DNA of 62,430 nt, counting the filler, from Sphacelaria rigidula (taxonomy: Eukaryota), in NCBI GenBank assembly GCA_964200075.2. It is 10 parts of 10 records of this genome, joined end to end, with 100 filler letters (N's around TTAATTAATTAA, not from the genome) between each part and the next. Parts side by side here need not be neighbours in the genome. Positions count along the whole stretch, not along the records: positions 37,521 to 43,673 come from CAXNAA020021904.1; positions 43,774 to 49,926 come from CAXNAA020021905.1; positions 50,027 to 56,178 come from CAXNAA020021906.1; 7 more parts are not named here. One strand, given 5' to 3'. Of the stretch, positions 39,652 through 52,518 are shown piece by piece. How positions within the stretch are numbered: position 1 is the first letter of the stretch; every line of letters starts with the position of its first letter. The notes below the pieces were generated by a model, which had not been told where the DNA came from, searched no databases, and worked only from the letters and a program-made list of their open reading frames with translations. The position numbers were made by a program, and so were the translations under genes.

Positions 39652-39985
39652 ATATCGATATAAGTGTCAGTACCTAACGGAACCTGCTGGAATAGTTTCG
39701 ACGGAAGAGTCTGGAAGCTGGGGACAACCTGACTCATCACGGACGCGTGGAGAGGGTTCAAGCTGAGGTAGCTGCAGGAAGGCGGCTGGCCTGTGATTGA
39801 TCCAGACTGGAGACTTGCTGAAGCTGCGTGCAGTGGGAGTTTGAAGGCTCCTACGACTGTGTGGTGCGGCGACGAAGCAAGGGTGAAGCGTGTATTCGCG
39901 ACGGTCCGCTGGCATGCGAAAGGTTCGCAGGTAGCCGGCTGCTGTTTTGGCGACCGGCTCGCGTGCTGCGTCCAGCGTGACGCCC

Positions 39986-40746
39986 ATGGTTATGCGGGAA
40001 GAGTTGCGACCTCCCCAATACGGGGACAGGTACTCCGAGTGTGCATCTCGTTCTTTCTACACCAAGTACTTGGAGTACAAGAAGCGTATGGTGCAGGCTA
40101 ACGCAGGGGGTGCTGTGCGACATTAGGTGGTGTCGATGGCTCAACAAGTGCCGACGCATTTGCAGAGATCTCTTGCTCGTGTGGAACATGGTAAGAGCAC
40201 AATCACTCCGCCGCAATTGGTTGCGGCGATAAAAAGAGCATGCTGGGCATGCAGCGGGTGCCGAGGTGGAGCTGACCCGAGCATCCGCGGTCGTGGCAAA
40301 AGCTGTCGCCATGGATTCTCGGGGAAAGACGGTGCTAGAGCGGGTGGGGCCAATCTTGTCAACTTTGGGAAAAAATATTTACGGAAAATCCGAACGCTGA
40401 AGTGGTATATCGTTTCCCCGATGGTGAGTGTAATCCCGACCCTGTAATCAGCAAGGCTTTGGTGGAGGGGTTGGCGCCGGCAAAATTCAAGCAAGCCGTG
40501 CTCGTGCAACACGAGACCAACTGGGAGGCCGACGCCTACCTCGTAATGGATACCGTCGTGGCCAAGGCCAAGGAGTGGCGGAAGATAGAGGTGTTCAGCC
40601 AGTCATACACTTCCTCGCCAAAGTCTTTGCGCCACCACCGCTCGAAATCGGCCGGCCGCGCCGCGACCATCACTTGCCACCGCTGTGGCCAGGTCGGCCA
40701 TTACGCGCGCGGTTGCCCAACGTCTCCCGGTCGGGAGTCTGGGTAG
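39986..40746 (+). pseudogene. gag: Gypsy gag, disrupted
   Basis: MVMREELRPP...FYTKYLEYKKR, then a stop and frameshifts, ending with the CHRCGQVGHYARGC zinc knuckle. Confidence 0.85.
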
Positions 40747-41014
40747 CCTCATGCCGCGCGCCATCAGCATCATCAACGCAAGGGTAAAGGACGACGTGAT
40801 CGGGGTGGTGGCGACGGCGGATCCTCCGGCGGTGGACGGTCGTAGTCGAGTTCTCAGCAGCAGCAGCAGCAGCAGCAGGGACAGCAGGGGCAGCGGCGTT
40901 AGCATGGGTCTGGTTCTGGGTCCGGCGCCGCCGTAGATGCTGCTGCTCCGCAACGGGCGGTTCATGTGGAGCATATTTCTACAGTGTCGAACACTGCGCC
41001 GGCGTCTATGGTGG

Positions 41015-43673
41015 CTTATTTCTTCTGGGGTTGCCGACGCTTCAGGATCTTGGAGTTGACCCGTATGCGCGGTGGTGGGACTCCATAAAGACGCGAATGT
41101 CTCCGCCTGGTCCGCGCGTGGAGACGCTCGCCTTTTGGGGCAGTCGTCGCGTGAGCCTGTCGGTGGATACTTTTCAGTAGGCTGTGGGGCAGGTGACCGA
41201 GGAGCGGGATGAGGCGGTGGAACGCTTGGTGGAGCGCGACCCGGAGATGTTCATAGATCCTGCGGAAGAGGAGTCCGCTCGGCAGGTCGCGCTGGAGGAG
41301 AGTTTGACGAACGCTGAGGCGAAAGGCCTCAGCGTCTCAAAAGCGGAGCGCCTGCGCGCCATCTTGCATCGCCGCGTCAACGCATTTCGTCGTGCGCTGC
41401 GGGCTGATCCCCCTGCGCTAGTTGAGCCCATGCGTGTTCAGCTACAACTTGGGGCGTCTGCGGTGAAGACGAAGTCGCGGCGGTACGATCCGATGAAGTC
41501 GAGTTGGTTGGCGTTGTGCGTGGCGGCTCTTTTGGCGCTCGGGTTGGTGTTCCGGAACTTGCAGGCGGTGTGGTTCAGTGCGGCTATGGCGGTTCCGAAG
41601 AAGGACTCGTCCCGCCTGGTAAGCGACTACAAGGCCGTGAATGAGTGGGTTGAGGAGTAGCCGGGTGTGATGCCCAACCAAGAGTCGGACATGCGTGATC
41701 TACTGAGTGCTCGTTTTTGTGGCAAGTTGTACCTCATCCAAGGTTACTGGCAAATGCCGTATGCGGAGGAGGTGCAGAAGATTTTCACCATCACAACTCC
41801 GTTTGGCTTGTTTACCCCGACGCGAGTGCCGCAAGGCGTGCTGAATGCCACGGCATATTGTCAAGGGAACATAGAACTTCTCGTCGGCTGAAATTCAAAA
41901 TATGGGTGGATGATGAGCTTTTTTCGCGGAAAAGGAAGACGAAGTTTTAGACACGCTTGATGCTACCTTGGCCCGTTTAGAGAGTGTTGGTTTGTTTGCG
42001 GCTGCGCACAAGCCTACCTTTTTCGCTAGTGAACTCGTGTAGTGTGGCAAAGTGTGCTTACACGGACGCGTATCTTATGACCCTGTCAAATTGCAAGGCT
42101 TGTCTGACATGCAGCGCCCGGAGACGGCCGCAGAACTCATGCAATTCCTTCAGGAAATGAATTGGCTGCGTACCTCGTTGCGGCGTATGGCAGAAACCGT
42201 AGCTCCCTCACGTTTTGTCCTCGAAGAACTCATGGCAGGTGTTGCAAGGCGGACAAGGCGTGGGCCAAAAAACCGCGCAATTCCGCCTGCATCATGAACG
42301 GAGGGCAGGCAGGCTGCAGGCGCGGGCGGCAGCGAAGGATCTGGTGGCCCATGCCGTGACGCTGTTCCATCCTCGTCCTGATTGCCAGGTGTTGATGTTT
42401 CCAGCTGCTTCTGGGTGCCTTTGGGGTAGTTTTGTCACGCAGGTGCCTGAAGTTGAAATGCAACGACGCTTTCCGGTCGAGGATATGACGCATGAACCGC
42501 TGGCATTCCTCAGTGGTAGTTTCAAGGGTTCGTAGTTGCGTGGGGCCACAATTGGCAAGGAATGTTTTGCTATCGTGAGCACTTTTCGTCGTTTGGAGCA
42601 TCTTTTGGGTGATGGCGTGCACATTTTTACGGATCACCGAAATCTCGTGTATATTTTCAACCCGGAAGCGTGCTTTACGTTTGTGTCGAAGGCGTTGGCA
42701 CAACGTTTGGAGGGTTGGGAAGGTGTTGTTGGCCAGTATCGTTGCTCGATTGGCCACATTTCGGGTGACCGTAACACGTGGGGGAGTTGCTTTCGCGCTG
42801 GGTGAATATTCCGGCTTTGCCTGTGCGCGTCGTGGCTCTGTATGGTCCGTGTGAACGATACCGTCCAAAACTGTTGTCCGCCAAGCGCAACGGAAAGACC
42901 TTGGGGCCAAAGATGCGGATGTGCAATCTTTCAAGTCGGGCGTTGGTACTGCTATCTTGGACAAAGAAGGTTTCTTTCGTGTGCATGTGCGTGGCCGAAA
43001 CGTTTTGTGGATTCCGAGTTGTGACAAGCAGTTGCAGGTACGTCTGATGATGTGTGGACACATGCGCGACTCCGGGAATCGTGGTGTGGCTGCGACGCTC
43101 GTGCGCTTGCAAGAGTTTTGTGGCTGGCAGGGGATGAAAACGCATATGCGCGAATTTGCCAGCCGGTGTCTTCACTGTGCTGACTCGAGGGCGGGCGATG
43201 TTGTTCCCCGCCCGCTCGGCGAAATGGTCCATGGGGCCATGCCGAATGAAGTCGTTCATTTTGACTTCTTGTACGTGGGCGAGAGTGGCCCGCTAGCTCC
43301 CCAAGGTTTATCGGAGGATGCTGGGTGTCGAAACATTTTGGTAATGGATGATTTGAGCGACTTCGTGTCTCTACAACCAGTGGCAGTGTGTACTGCTGAA
43401 TCGACTGCTGCATCTTCGCCAAATTGGTGCAAGACTCTGGGGGTGCCGCGTGTGTGGGTGAGTGATACCACCACGCATTTCAAGAATACGAACTTGGCCC
43501 GATCGTAAGAGGCTTTGCACGTTGATCACCAGTTTGCGGTGGCGATTTCTCCGTGGTCTAACGGCACGTGCGAACGCATGGTCAAGGAAGTAGTTCGTGC
43601 TCTTCGCTCTATTCTTCTCGAGCAGCGTAGAGCGGTTTCCGAGTGGGTGGACGTGTTGCCTGCGGTGCAATGG
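41015..43673 (+). pseudogene. pol: Gypsy pol (protease remnant, RT, RNase H, integrase), disrupted
   Basis: Protease end LLGLPTLQDLGV. RT motifs RLVSDYKAVN, QGYWQ, VPQGVLNA, WVDD. RNase H motifs KECFAIV, FTDHRNL. Integrase motifs H...CLHC, VHFDF, VSDTTTHF, SNGTCER. Confidence 0.95.
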
Positions 43674-44323
43674 NNNNNNNNNNNNNNNNNNNNNNNNNNN
43701 NNNNNNNNNNNNNNNNNTTAATTAATTAANNNNNNNNNNNNNNNNNNNNNNNNNNNNNNNNNNNNNNNNNNNNGACCGTTGCCGTTTCTACAGCGCGTCA
43801 GGGGTGTCCTCCCCTAGGGGGGGGGGGGGGGATCTGTTTTACCCAACGTGAGATGGCGTGATATCACGGAGGTGCCCTTCAGCATGCCGTGGTCTCCCCA
43901 GTCACCTCCAGAGTTGAACTTCATGTAGTTCTGCACGAGTCAGCTGCTTCCTACTGACAAGATTTTTGTTCTTTGTAACGGAAGCGGTATCCCCGAGCCC
44001 TGTCTGCTGTTGATGGCCTGCTTGGTTACTGCATCCTTTCATTTTCTCCATATCTTCTTGTGTTCGTCCTCCCCTCGTGCTCGCTCTCTATTTCGTCCGC
44101 GTTTCTTTGTATTTCAGTATTTTCTCGACGTTTTTCTTCCTCCATGTTTCTCTCTCTCTTCTCTTCTCCCCCCAACCCGTATCAGCGTTTGCGTCTCGCT
44201 TGTGCAGATATGACGGGAAGAGGCCCTGTTCAAATAGTATCACTCCCGGATAACTTCATCTCAGCCTACTCACACGGCCTTGTCTCTTGGACAGACTACT
44301 TGTAGCGAAGCTATACAGGCTAG

Positions 44324-45805
44324 TTCACGGAAAAACCCCAAATACACTCATCGGCAAAGCTTCACGCCGTTTTAAGGAGTTAGACCCTGAAATTTTGCAC
44401 AGGTGTTCCATGGGTCATCACACAACTTTGAAAGGACGAGTTTTTTTTTTTACTTCTTGACTTTTTTCACTGTTTTTCCGGGGTCCCAGATTTGTCGGGA
44501 AAACTTCGATCTAATCGGACCCCCGTACAACGGTAAAAAGATAATAAAAACCTCGTTCAAACAATGTTGCGTAGTGACCCATAGCACACCTGTGCAAAAT
44601 TTCAGGGTCCATCTCCTTTAAACGGGGTGAAGTTTTTCGCGTTTGTGCGATGAACCTTGCCGTGCCACGGTGAAACGGCAAACTAGTAGATTATAGTATG
44701 AAAATGGCGTTTTCGGGCCTTTTTCGACGTGGAACACGAAAATCCAAGCACCAGTTAATCGAGTTTGGCCACGAAACTTTGTGGGGTTCCTCCTTGGGTT
44801 TTGCGTTGGCAGAGCGTTCGCGAAAAAAATGAAAAAAATACTGTAGTGCCGGTTTTCGGGGGTCCCAGAATGGATGACTTCGAAAAAACGACTTTGATCC
44901 CGTCGGACCCTCCAAGAACGGTAATATAAAACAAGAATTAGAAAACCCTCGTAGATCGAAACTTGTGTAATGATTCATAGCATATATGTGCAAAGTTTCA
45001 GGGTCTAACTCCTAATAAATGTGAAGATTTGGGCGTTTGTGCGAGGATATGAGCTTAAAACGTGCAAACTCCCAACTACTTGGTTTGAGTATGAACACAT
45101 TTTCGAGGGTGAATTTTACGTCAAGGCAGGAAAAACTGTATGAGATTTTGGAGTTTCTCCACCGAAAAGTGTACATGTGTTCCTTGGACCATCCTGGGAT
45201 GCATCATGTCATTTTTTCTTTCGAGTCATTCTGTACCGCCTTTCGGGGATCTTTGTACTGGGACCCCCGGAAGCCGGTAGAAAGTGGAGAAACTCTGAAC
45301 CCTTGCCCAAGAACACAATTTTTACATTTGGAGCATCAATATGTACGGAACTGCCAAGTTTGAGGATAATCTGAGCTTTTCTATAACAGGTACAAGGGAA
45401 ATCGTCACGAGGCTCCCTGGGTCTTTCCTGCGCATTATGAAAGGAAATTGGAATACGTCAAACTCCACATCACCGAAACATTACGGCTTCGGGTATAATT
45501 CGACCCCGTTGGAACAGTTTTCAAATCCGCCTCTCCCGTTAGATTCTTGAGGTGATGGCGGTCACTACGATCTGAAGCATGTGAAGATTCGGTGGATATT
45601 GGGCTTGGAATTCGTATTTTCAAATGCGGAACAGTTTGAAAGGCGCTGATTGGTCGAGACATACTCTTGTCCATAGCGCCACCGCTATAGCCTTGAAAAA
45701 ATCCGGCTATGTCAACCTCTTCGTCTGTTCATTGCTGTCAGTATGATACAACGTATGCGACTATTGGGTGCGTATTGCAAAAGGCATGTGCTGATGACAG
45801 ATTTT
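44324..45805 (+). mobile_element. Non-coding interspersed element of about 1.45 kb, copy 1
   Basis: Colinear with 52519-53905 and partly with 46960-47750. Contains a perfect internal 21-bp inverted repeat (44383-44403 / 44589-44609). Confidence 0.85.
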
Positions 45806-46959
45806 TTTTTTCCCGTGAACCAGCCTGTAGATGTATCGGGACCGTTTTCCTTCGTGCTTTGTTTTTTTTCCTGCGCTTAAGGTCTTCTTCCCTTCGTTTC
45901 CTTTTCTCTCCGTTTTCAACAACTTTCCACCCATGTTTCGTTCAATATCGTTCGTTCCCTCCTTCCCTTTTCACATTCCCTCTTTGTGGCCTCTAGTGCG
46001 TCTTGCCGTTTAGTTTCCTCTGGTACGCCAGTCTCGTGAGGTGATCAGTCGAGGTGCGGCGTTCAATCGATTAATCAATCGAGGAATTCGACATTTATAA
46101 CACTAACAGGTTGATGTGCACGGTTTTGGGAGGGCTTGGATGGAGGAGTACCCTGCTGAAGCAGAAAATTATGAGAAAAAATACATCCCCTGCGATTTTT
46201 GTTTTCGTTTTCTTTGCGGTACCGCATACATACGGTGTTGATCATCCGCACGTGGTATTAAACCACTTCTCTCTGAATATCGCTCCCGCGTGGCGTGGTG
46301 AGTCTCTTCGGTTATTCTGGGCACTATGTTGATATCTGCAGAATAGAACTGTACAGGGGCATGTTGGTATGTCACCCTGCCCTCCTCTCAATATCCCACA
46401 CCGGGTCTCAATAACATCTCACATGGGGTTGATACGTACACACCGTCCGGTTACGGTACGTCGAATTATGTTGGCAGTGGCAATGAAAAATTAAAGGCAG
46501 ACGGACAAGCGGGTGCCGGTACCCTGTGATCATGGTGGGGAGGTACGTTAAAGAAGGTGGACAGTTCAAATGATCATAAAATACCTGTCTATCCCGAAGT
46601 GATCATGATCAAATGAGATATGGTTTTGTGAAAACTGTTCAATGTTTAATTTCGGGTATATTTGACGACCGACCCGTCCAAAACGTACCATCATTCTTTT
46701 CCGTTCTTTGCATACGTGTACGCAAGATCATACAAGCTGGTTCACGCCTATCTCCCGGGATTCACTCGTCCGCAAATGTTCACGCCGGTTCTTGAAAATA
46801 GACTCGGAAAGTTTGCATACATACACTATGAAACGTCGCGAAATATTCAATAAATGAGGTCTTCCGTTCTTAATTTCCTCGCCAGATATCGGGAGTCCCA
46901 TAGGTTTTGGGGGTTTTGGGATCACACACCCTTCAAGAACGACCGATAACGGGCAAAAC

Positions 46960-47750
46960 AGAAGAAATCAAATGACCCCATCCATGCAAGGTTGGTAGAT
47001 GTCCCGTAGTAAATGTTTGAACAGTGTCGGCGCCTGACGTCAAGAATTGGTGAGAACATTCGCGCTTTCGTGCGATGAAGTGAGCTTGAAGGGTACTAAC
47101 GCCCAACTACCGAAAATTACTGTGGAAACGTCAAGATGAGATAAACCACATCGTGCTTTCGATTTTTATTTCGAAACTTTGTACACATGTGCGCCAGGCT
47201 ACCCCGAGAAGCGTACGTTAATGAAAAATTGCTCTGCGGGGGTCTCCATACAGGACCCCTGGAAGCCGGCGAGAAGCGGGAAAAGTTTTAAATCTCTCGA
47301 CAAAACATTTCCTTGTCGGAGAACCAATACCTACCGAACTGCCAAGTTTGAGGGCGACCTTAACTTTTCTACGACAGCTATCAGGGAAACCGTCAGGACA
47401 TCCGATGACGCCATATCTCAACATCACCGAAATACTACGATTTTGGGTAAAATTCGATATCAAAGTGATCGTTTTCGAAATTGTTCTTTCCGTCAGATTC
47501 CGGAGGTGATGGCTACCACGATTCAAAACATGTGGAGCTTGGGGAAGCATTGGGTTGGAATCCGTAAATTAAATTTCCGAACAACTTGAAGGCCGCTGAT
47601 TGTCGAGGTACCGTTTCGCCTTTAGCGCCACCCCTTTGGCCTTGTACAAAAACTCGGCTGTCAGCCTATTCAGTCGCCCATGGCGGTTAGTATGGTACCA
47701 TGTATGCGGCTATTGGATGGGTATCGCGAAGGACACTGAGTGACACAATT
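46960..47750 (+). mobile_element. Diverged partial copy (3' half) of the 1.45-kb element
   Basis: Shares GAACTGCCAAGTTTGAGG, GGACCCC.GGAAGCCGG and the terminal block with 45040-45805. Confidence 0.75.
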
Positions 47751-50700
47751 TCGGGTGATGAGCATGATTCAGCTCGTGCTACATTTATAGGCACACGACG
47801 CTCAACCGCAACATAAATAGGCAGAAGAAAAACCAGACGAAAACGTTTTCATGCGTTTGGGTTCGTTTTTCCCTTTTCGGGTCCAGAGTAAATTCAGCCA
47901 ATCTGAATTAAAATGGGGGACGTAAGTGGCGAACGGATACCATGGGAAGATGTCAAGTGTAGTAAGGTTCTTGACTCAACGTCCGACACCGTGTGAGTGG
48001 GAGTATACAGATGCAAGCTAGCTTCCCAAGGCAAGTTGAGAGGAATTGAGGGATGATGACAATTAAACCCGTGTGTTGGGTGATGCTCTGTCTAGACGAA
48101 GAAACAACAACACAGTACTTCGGTACTGTACGAAACTGCGCCTTGTTCCAGCCGTACTGTTCTGTGTACCGTTGACTTTCGCTAGGGGTAGGCACTGTGC
48201 TGTCTGCCTCTAGCTCATGATTCCTCAGTCGTCTCCAATCTCTCATGCTCCTCTGCAGTCGTACGGGCACCATCTAGAGCATATTTTGCTTTGTTGCTCC
48301 GCACTTTCGGCTGGGAGTAGCTACGCGTTCCGTTTTCGATCCGTCCGATACGACATGAGAGGCGGTTGAATCAAAGGCGAAGGAACTGAGGACATGAATG
48401 GCTTGGATCTACTAGGGCGGATGTTGTTCTCCTGAGCGTTGTTTCGCCGCCAATTGGTTTTTGGTACCATGCCCTCTGAACTCCGACCGGCCGTCGAAAC
48501 GCATTTTGCGAGAGCGCAAGAGATTGACCTACCTGAAACAGAGGTGAAGGATGACACGTACCCTCACTACAGCCGTGGTACAGAAGAGCCAGTACACCGT
48601 TTGACGTTCGCTATTGAGTGTAGGGGTGACACACCACCCCATTGACGTAACCGTACCTGCTTACAAGCGTCAAAAACCGCAGTTCTGCCTGCTGAATGAA
48701 GCGGCCGGTCTCATGGAGGTGTAAACGTTGCGGAGGGATCTGGCTTGCGGTCGTTGTACCATCGTCGGGGGTTGGAGTGAGTCAGTATAAAAATCGCCTC
48801 CTTGAAAATTTTCTCGATTAGTTGAACGTTCAACCGTGTTTTGAAGATCACCTGGTAATCACGTCCCCATCCGCTAGCATGACTTCCTCGTGGGCTATGC
48901 GCGAGATTTCAACGGCCTAGAACCTACTTATGCCGAACCTGTGGACTTCGTGTGACCGAGACTCTCTGCGCTATGTTGGGAGGGATCGTGGTTGCTGTTC
49001 TAAGCGATACTGGAGCTTTTGAAGGCTTGTAAACTCACGTACGCAAAATGACGTGTGCGTGTCCCACCCATTATGTAACCACCACGTGATCGATGAGTAA
49101 AACGACCAGCCAAAAGGGCACAGTCACTCCCCAACATGCAACTAACGATGAAGGTACACCATTTGCCTCGCCTCAAATTCCAACGTTGAGATCCCTGACC
49201 ATTCATATTCGCTGAGAAGCCTTGTGGCAAATTGGACACGCCAATTTAGTTCGCTCAGTCTACGGATCAATATACATGAAGAACGAGGGACCTTTAAGTA
49301 GACCATTTGGGCGGTTTTCGACTTTTTCTCCTCGTTTGTCTTGTTTTCAGCAAAGAAAACATATTCCTCACTATTTCCCATAGAGAGTCCATACAAACGC
49401 TGGTACCCTTGTTACGAAATGTAATTCCCTCATTGCATACCGGCGGCCCAACGACACATTTGCGCCCCGCTTACGTTTGGGGGGGGTCTCCATCGTGGTT
49501 GTGGGGTTAATGGGCGTTCAATTGCCCAGAAAAGCAGAAATTCTCAATATAATTCTCGAAACAAAATATTAGAAAATTCTCAAATTCCCGCCAAAATGCC
49601 CACTTTTTGACCCACTAATTCTCAGTAATTTCGATTCAGATTTTTTGTTTTTTGTTCAATGAGCATCACCATGTCAACAGCTTTTCAAAAAACCTAACGA
49701 TAGCGTCGTGGGCAACTCCATTGGCGATATACGATCTTTCCCCCATAACGAACTTCACTTATGGGACAGAGGAAGTATGTGTTTTGATCCATGTTTTCCA
49801 GAAAATATGATTTGTGAGGGGCCATGACGTTGGAGTTAACACGGAGCAAATCGCACGCATCAATTCAATATCACCCCCCCCCCCCCCCCCCCACCCGCCC
49901 CCCGACCCCCGTATATGACAGCGCGGNNNNNNNNNNNNNNNNNNNNNNNNNNNNNNNNNNNNNNNNNNNNTTAATTAATTAANNNNNNNNNNNNNNNNNN
50001 NNNNNNNNNNNNNNNNNNNNNNNNNNAGTGTGGGGGTGTATGAGCACGGGCGCGGGGGGGGGAGATGGGGGTTGCGCGGGGGGCGCTGTGGTACATAGAG
50101 CCTCGGAGTTGTTTTTGGGGCACTCCTGGCTCACTATCGCTTTTTCGAAGGACGAGGTTTCCCGACAGGGGTCACTGGTGGCTGGTTTCGAGATCTGATC
50201 AGTCACACGTAGAACAGAGGTTTCGTGAGATTGAGAGTACAGTGCTGAGAGTACAGTGCTGATTGAGATTGGGTTTAGCATTCGCTTCAACTTGGCCAAT
50301 TTTCCATTCCGTGTTTGCTTCTTTTTTTTTGCCTGTATCACTGGCGTGTGCTTACAGCTACACGTCGATATCCTCGAAGAAGGGACTTGCACATGGTGTC
50401 ATGTAGTTCCGTCTCGGAGCGGAGCAGAAACCGTAAGCCCCGTGTTGAGCATCTTTCGGGGTGCAGGCACCCCAGGGATCGGTCTACAGAGGATCGTCGA
50501 TACAGCCCCGGGCTGACGTCGTGCTTTGTCCTGGTGTCGCTGGGAGAGGGTTGGATGTTGTCGTCGATCACGTCGGCTATCATTATTGTCATTGCCTCAG
50601 GATACCGAAGGTCGAAACAGTCACTACGCCTCCGCCTTTTCCCCGTCCTGCCACAGATAAACAACAAAAACAGCAGTACAGACTATGTTGCCGGGATTGT

Positions 50701-51319
50701 TCCGAAGTACAGGCCATCGCTGTATCGCCAATCGACTACCGTACAACCCATATTTTGTTGTCGCTCGTGCTGATTTTGTCGGCCTTAAACATCACACTCG
50801 TCACCGGTTCCGTAATTCACATCGGACGCTGTCATCACTCTCGTACTTTCGCCTACAGTTCCGTGGCGGTCCCAGTATTCAATGCGCGTTCTCTTCTCAT
50901 CGAACGCTCGCCGAAGTAACTCCTCTGCAGTGGTCCGATGGCTTTTTCAAGGGCTCTGTATAATACACCACTTCCCGATGCTGCTGCGAGGAGTACCCGA
51001 CGACCGTGCGAGCCTTCCGTCAAGGCTACAATGGCAGCACTACATAGCCGCTCGTTCATCTTCTTCATGGCCTCAACGATCGCCAGCAGATCATCATTTC
51101 GTGGCCCATGCGCGTGGACGTCGCACCTTTTCAGCGGGAATGCCGGAAGTACTTGTGGCCAATGACCTTCTGAATCACCAAACGACGGAGTTCAGTATCC
51201 AGTACATCATTGCTCTTGCTTCTTTCACGCAGGGTCCGACATCGTCAACGGATTCCCGTATCCACCGCAGAATATTATCGGGTCTAGCACGTCTCCGTGT
51301 TTGTGTCACGGATGACATA

Positions 51320-51544
51320 CACACGCGGCCATTTGGCTACCCCCCAAAATGCCTCCGGAGGGGTACGTGGCCCTCTAGAGGCAAAAACAAGCCTCCGGAG
51401 GCGTTTAATCCCTCTGGAGGAAACCATAAAATCTTCTCTGCCTCCGGAGGGCCGCGCACCCCTCCGGAGGCTTTAATTCCTGTGGAGGCTTGAAAAGTTT
51501 ACCCACGTGGAGCAGTGTTGGGGGCAGCCAAATGGCCGCGAGTG
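51320..51544. mobile_element. 225-bp Tc1/mariner-type MITE (TA TSD) carrying a palindrome array
   Basis: TA|CACACGCGGCCATTTGGCTACCCCC ... GGGGGCAGCCAAATGGCCGCGAGTG|TA, with seven CCTCCGGAGG-like palindromes inside. Confidence 0.85.
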
Positions 51545-52518
51545 TAAGTTCCGTACTAGGGAAGTGATCGGTAGTTGCAACAATGCTAAAGAAAAAACAC
51601 TCGATGGAATGTCACCATCATCTGTGGAGTGGCAGCAATCCTGTCGGGGGGTGGGGTGGTGGAAACGGGGGTTTCTCCTTGCCGAACACCGAGCCGCATG
51701 TCGGAAAGCATGTTGAACGAACAAACCACAACCTGAATGTTCACATTTGTGGACGCCGACTTCAACAGTCTCCTAGGCCACCACCCTCGCTCGTACTCTT
51801 CTGTAGTGATATATATATATATATGTAGGCTCAGTGTCCCCACGGGAACATTGTACCGGGCAGCTCAACACCGTGCTTGTATTTTCTTGCGCCCGAGTTC
51901 CTTCTTCTCCTGTTGTCCCATAGTCAGTCAGGCAGATAAATACGAGCTATGGTATCCCTTCTTCGTTCCTCATCCCCGTCTCGTGGTTGGTTTTGCGAAT
52001 CAACCTATGGGGGGTTAGATCTGACATTGACCAGATGATTCATATGATATGCGGATGATGTGTGTGAATTGGATGAAGTCCTAGTGTCTGTCTTACTCAG
52101 GCTGCTAGATGAGGATACGCATTCATAGAAGTAGCCAGGTTATGCGATCGATGCAAACACCCCGTCATATGATCTGCGGTTGTGATGCGACCGATAGTTC
52201 CGAGATGGAGGAGTGAAAACGCAACGTGATAGCTATGCCACCAATTCTATGTACTTCATCCTCCACCATCCACCTTCCGTTCCCTTCTTCGTGACAGGTC
52301 GTGGTTGGTTCCGAAAACCTGCAATTAAAGAGGATGATGGTCGTTGCACTGAGCAGGTCGACTGATTCACGGTCGAGCGTGCAGCTACTTATACTGCCTC
52401 TGATGTGACACTCACTAAGTGTGTCGTGGGTCCACGACGCTGGTGCGTGAATCGTACCGCATTGTTGCTCCCATCGCCTGTCGCTGGTTTCAGAAACCGA
52501 CCGCATTCTACAGGCTGA

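Larger units (their letters stand above)
39431..43673 (+). mobile_element. Degenerate Ty3/Gypsy LTR retrotransposon, truncated by the contig end
   Basis: Domain order is LTR, gag with CCHC, partial protease, RT, RNase H, integrase. Confidence 0.95.
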
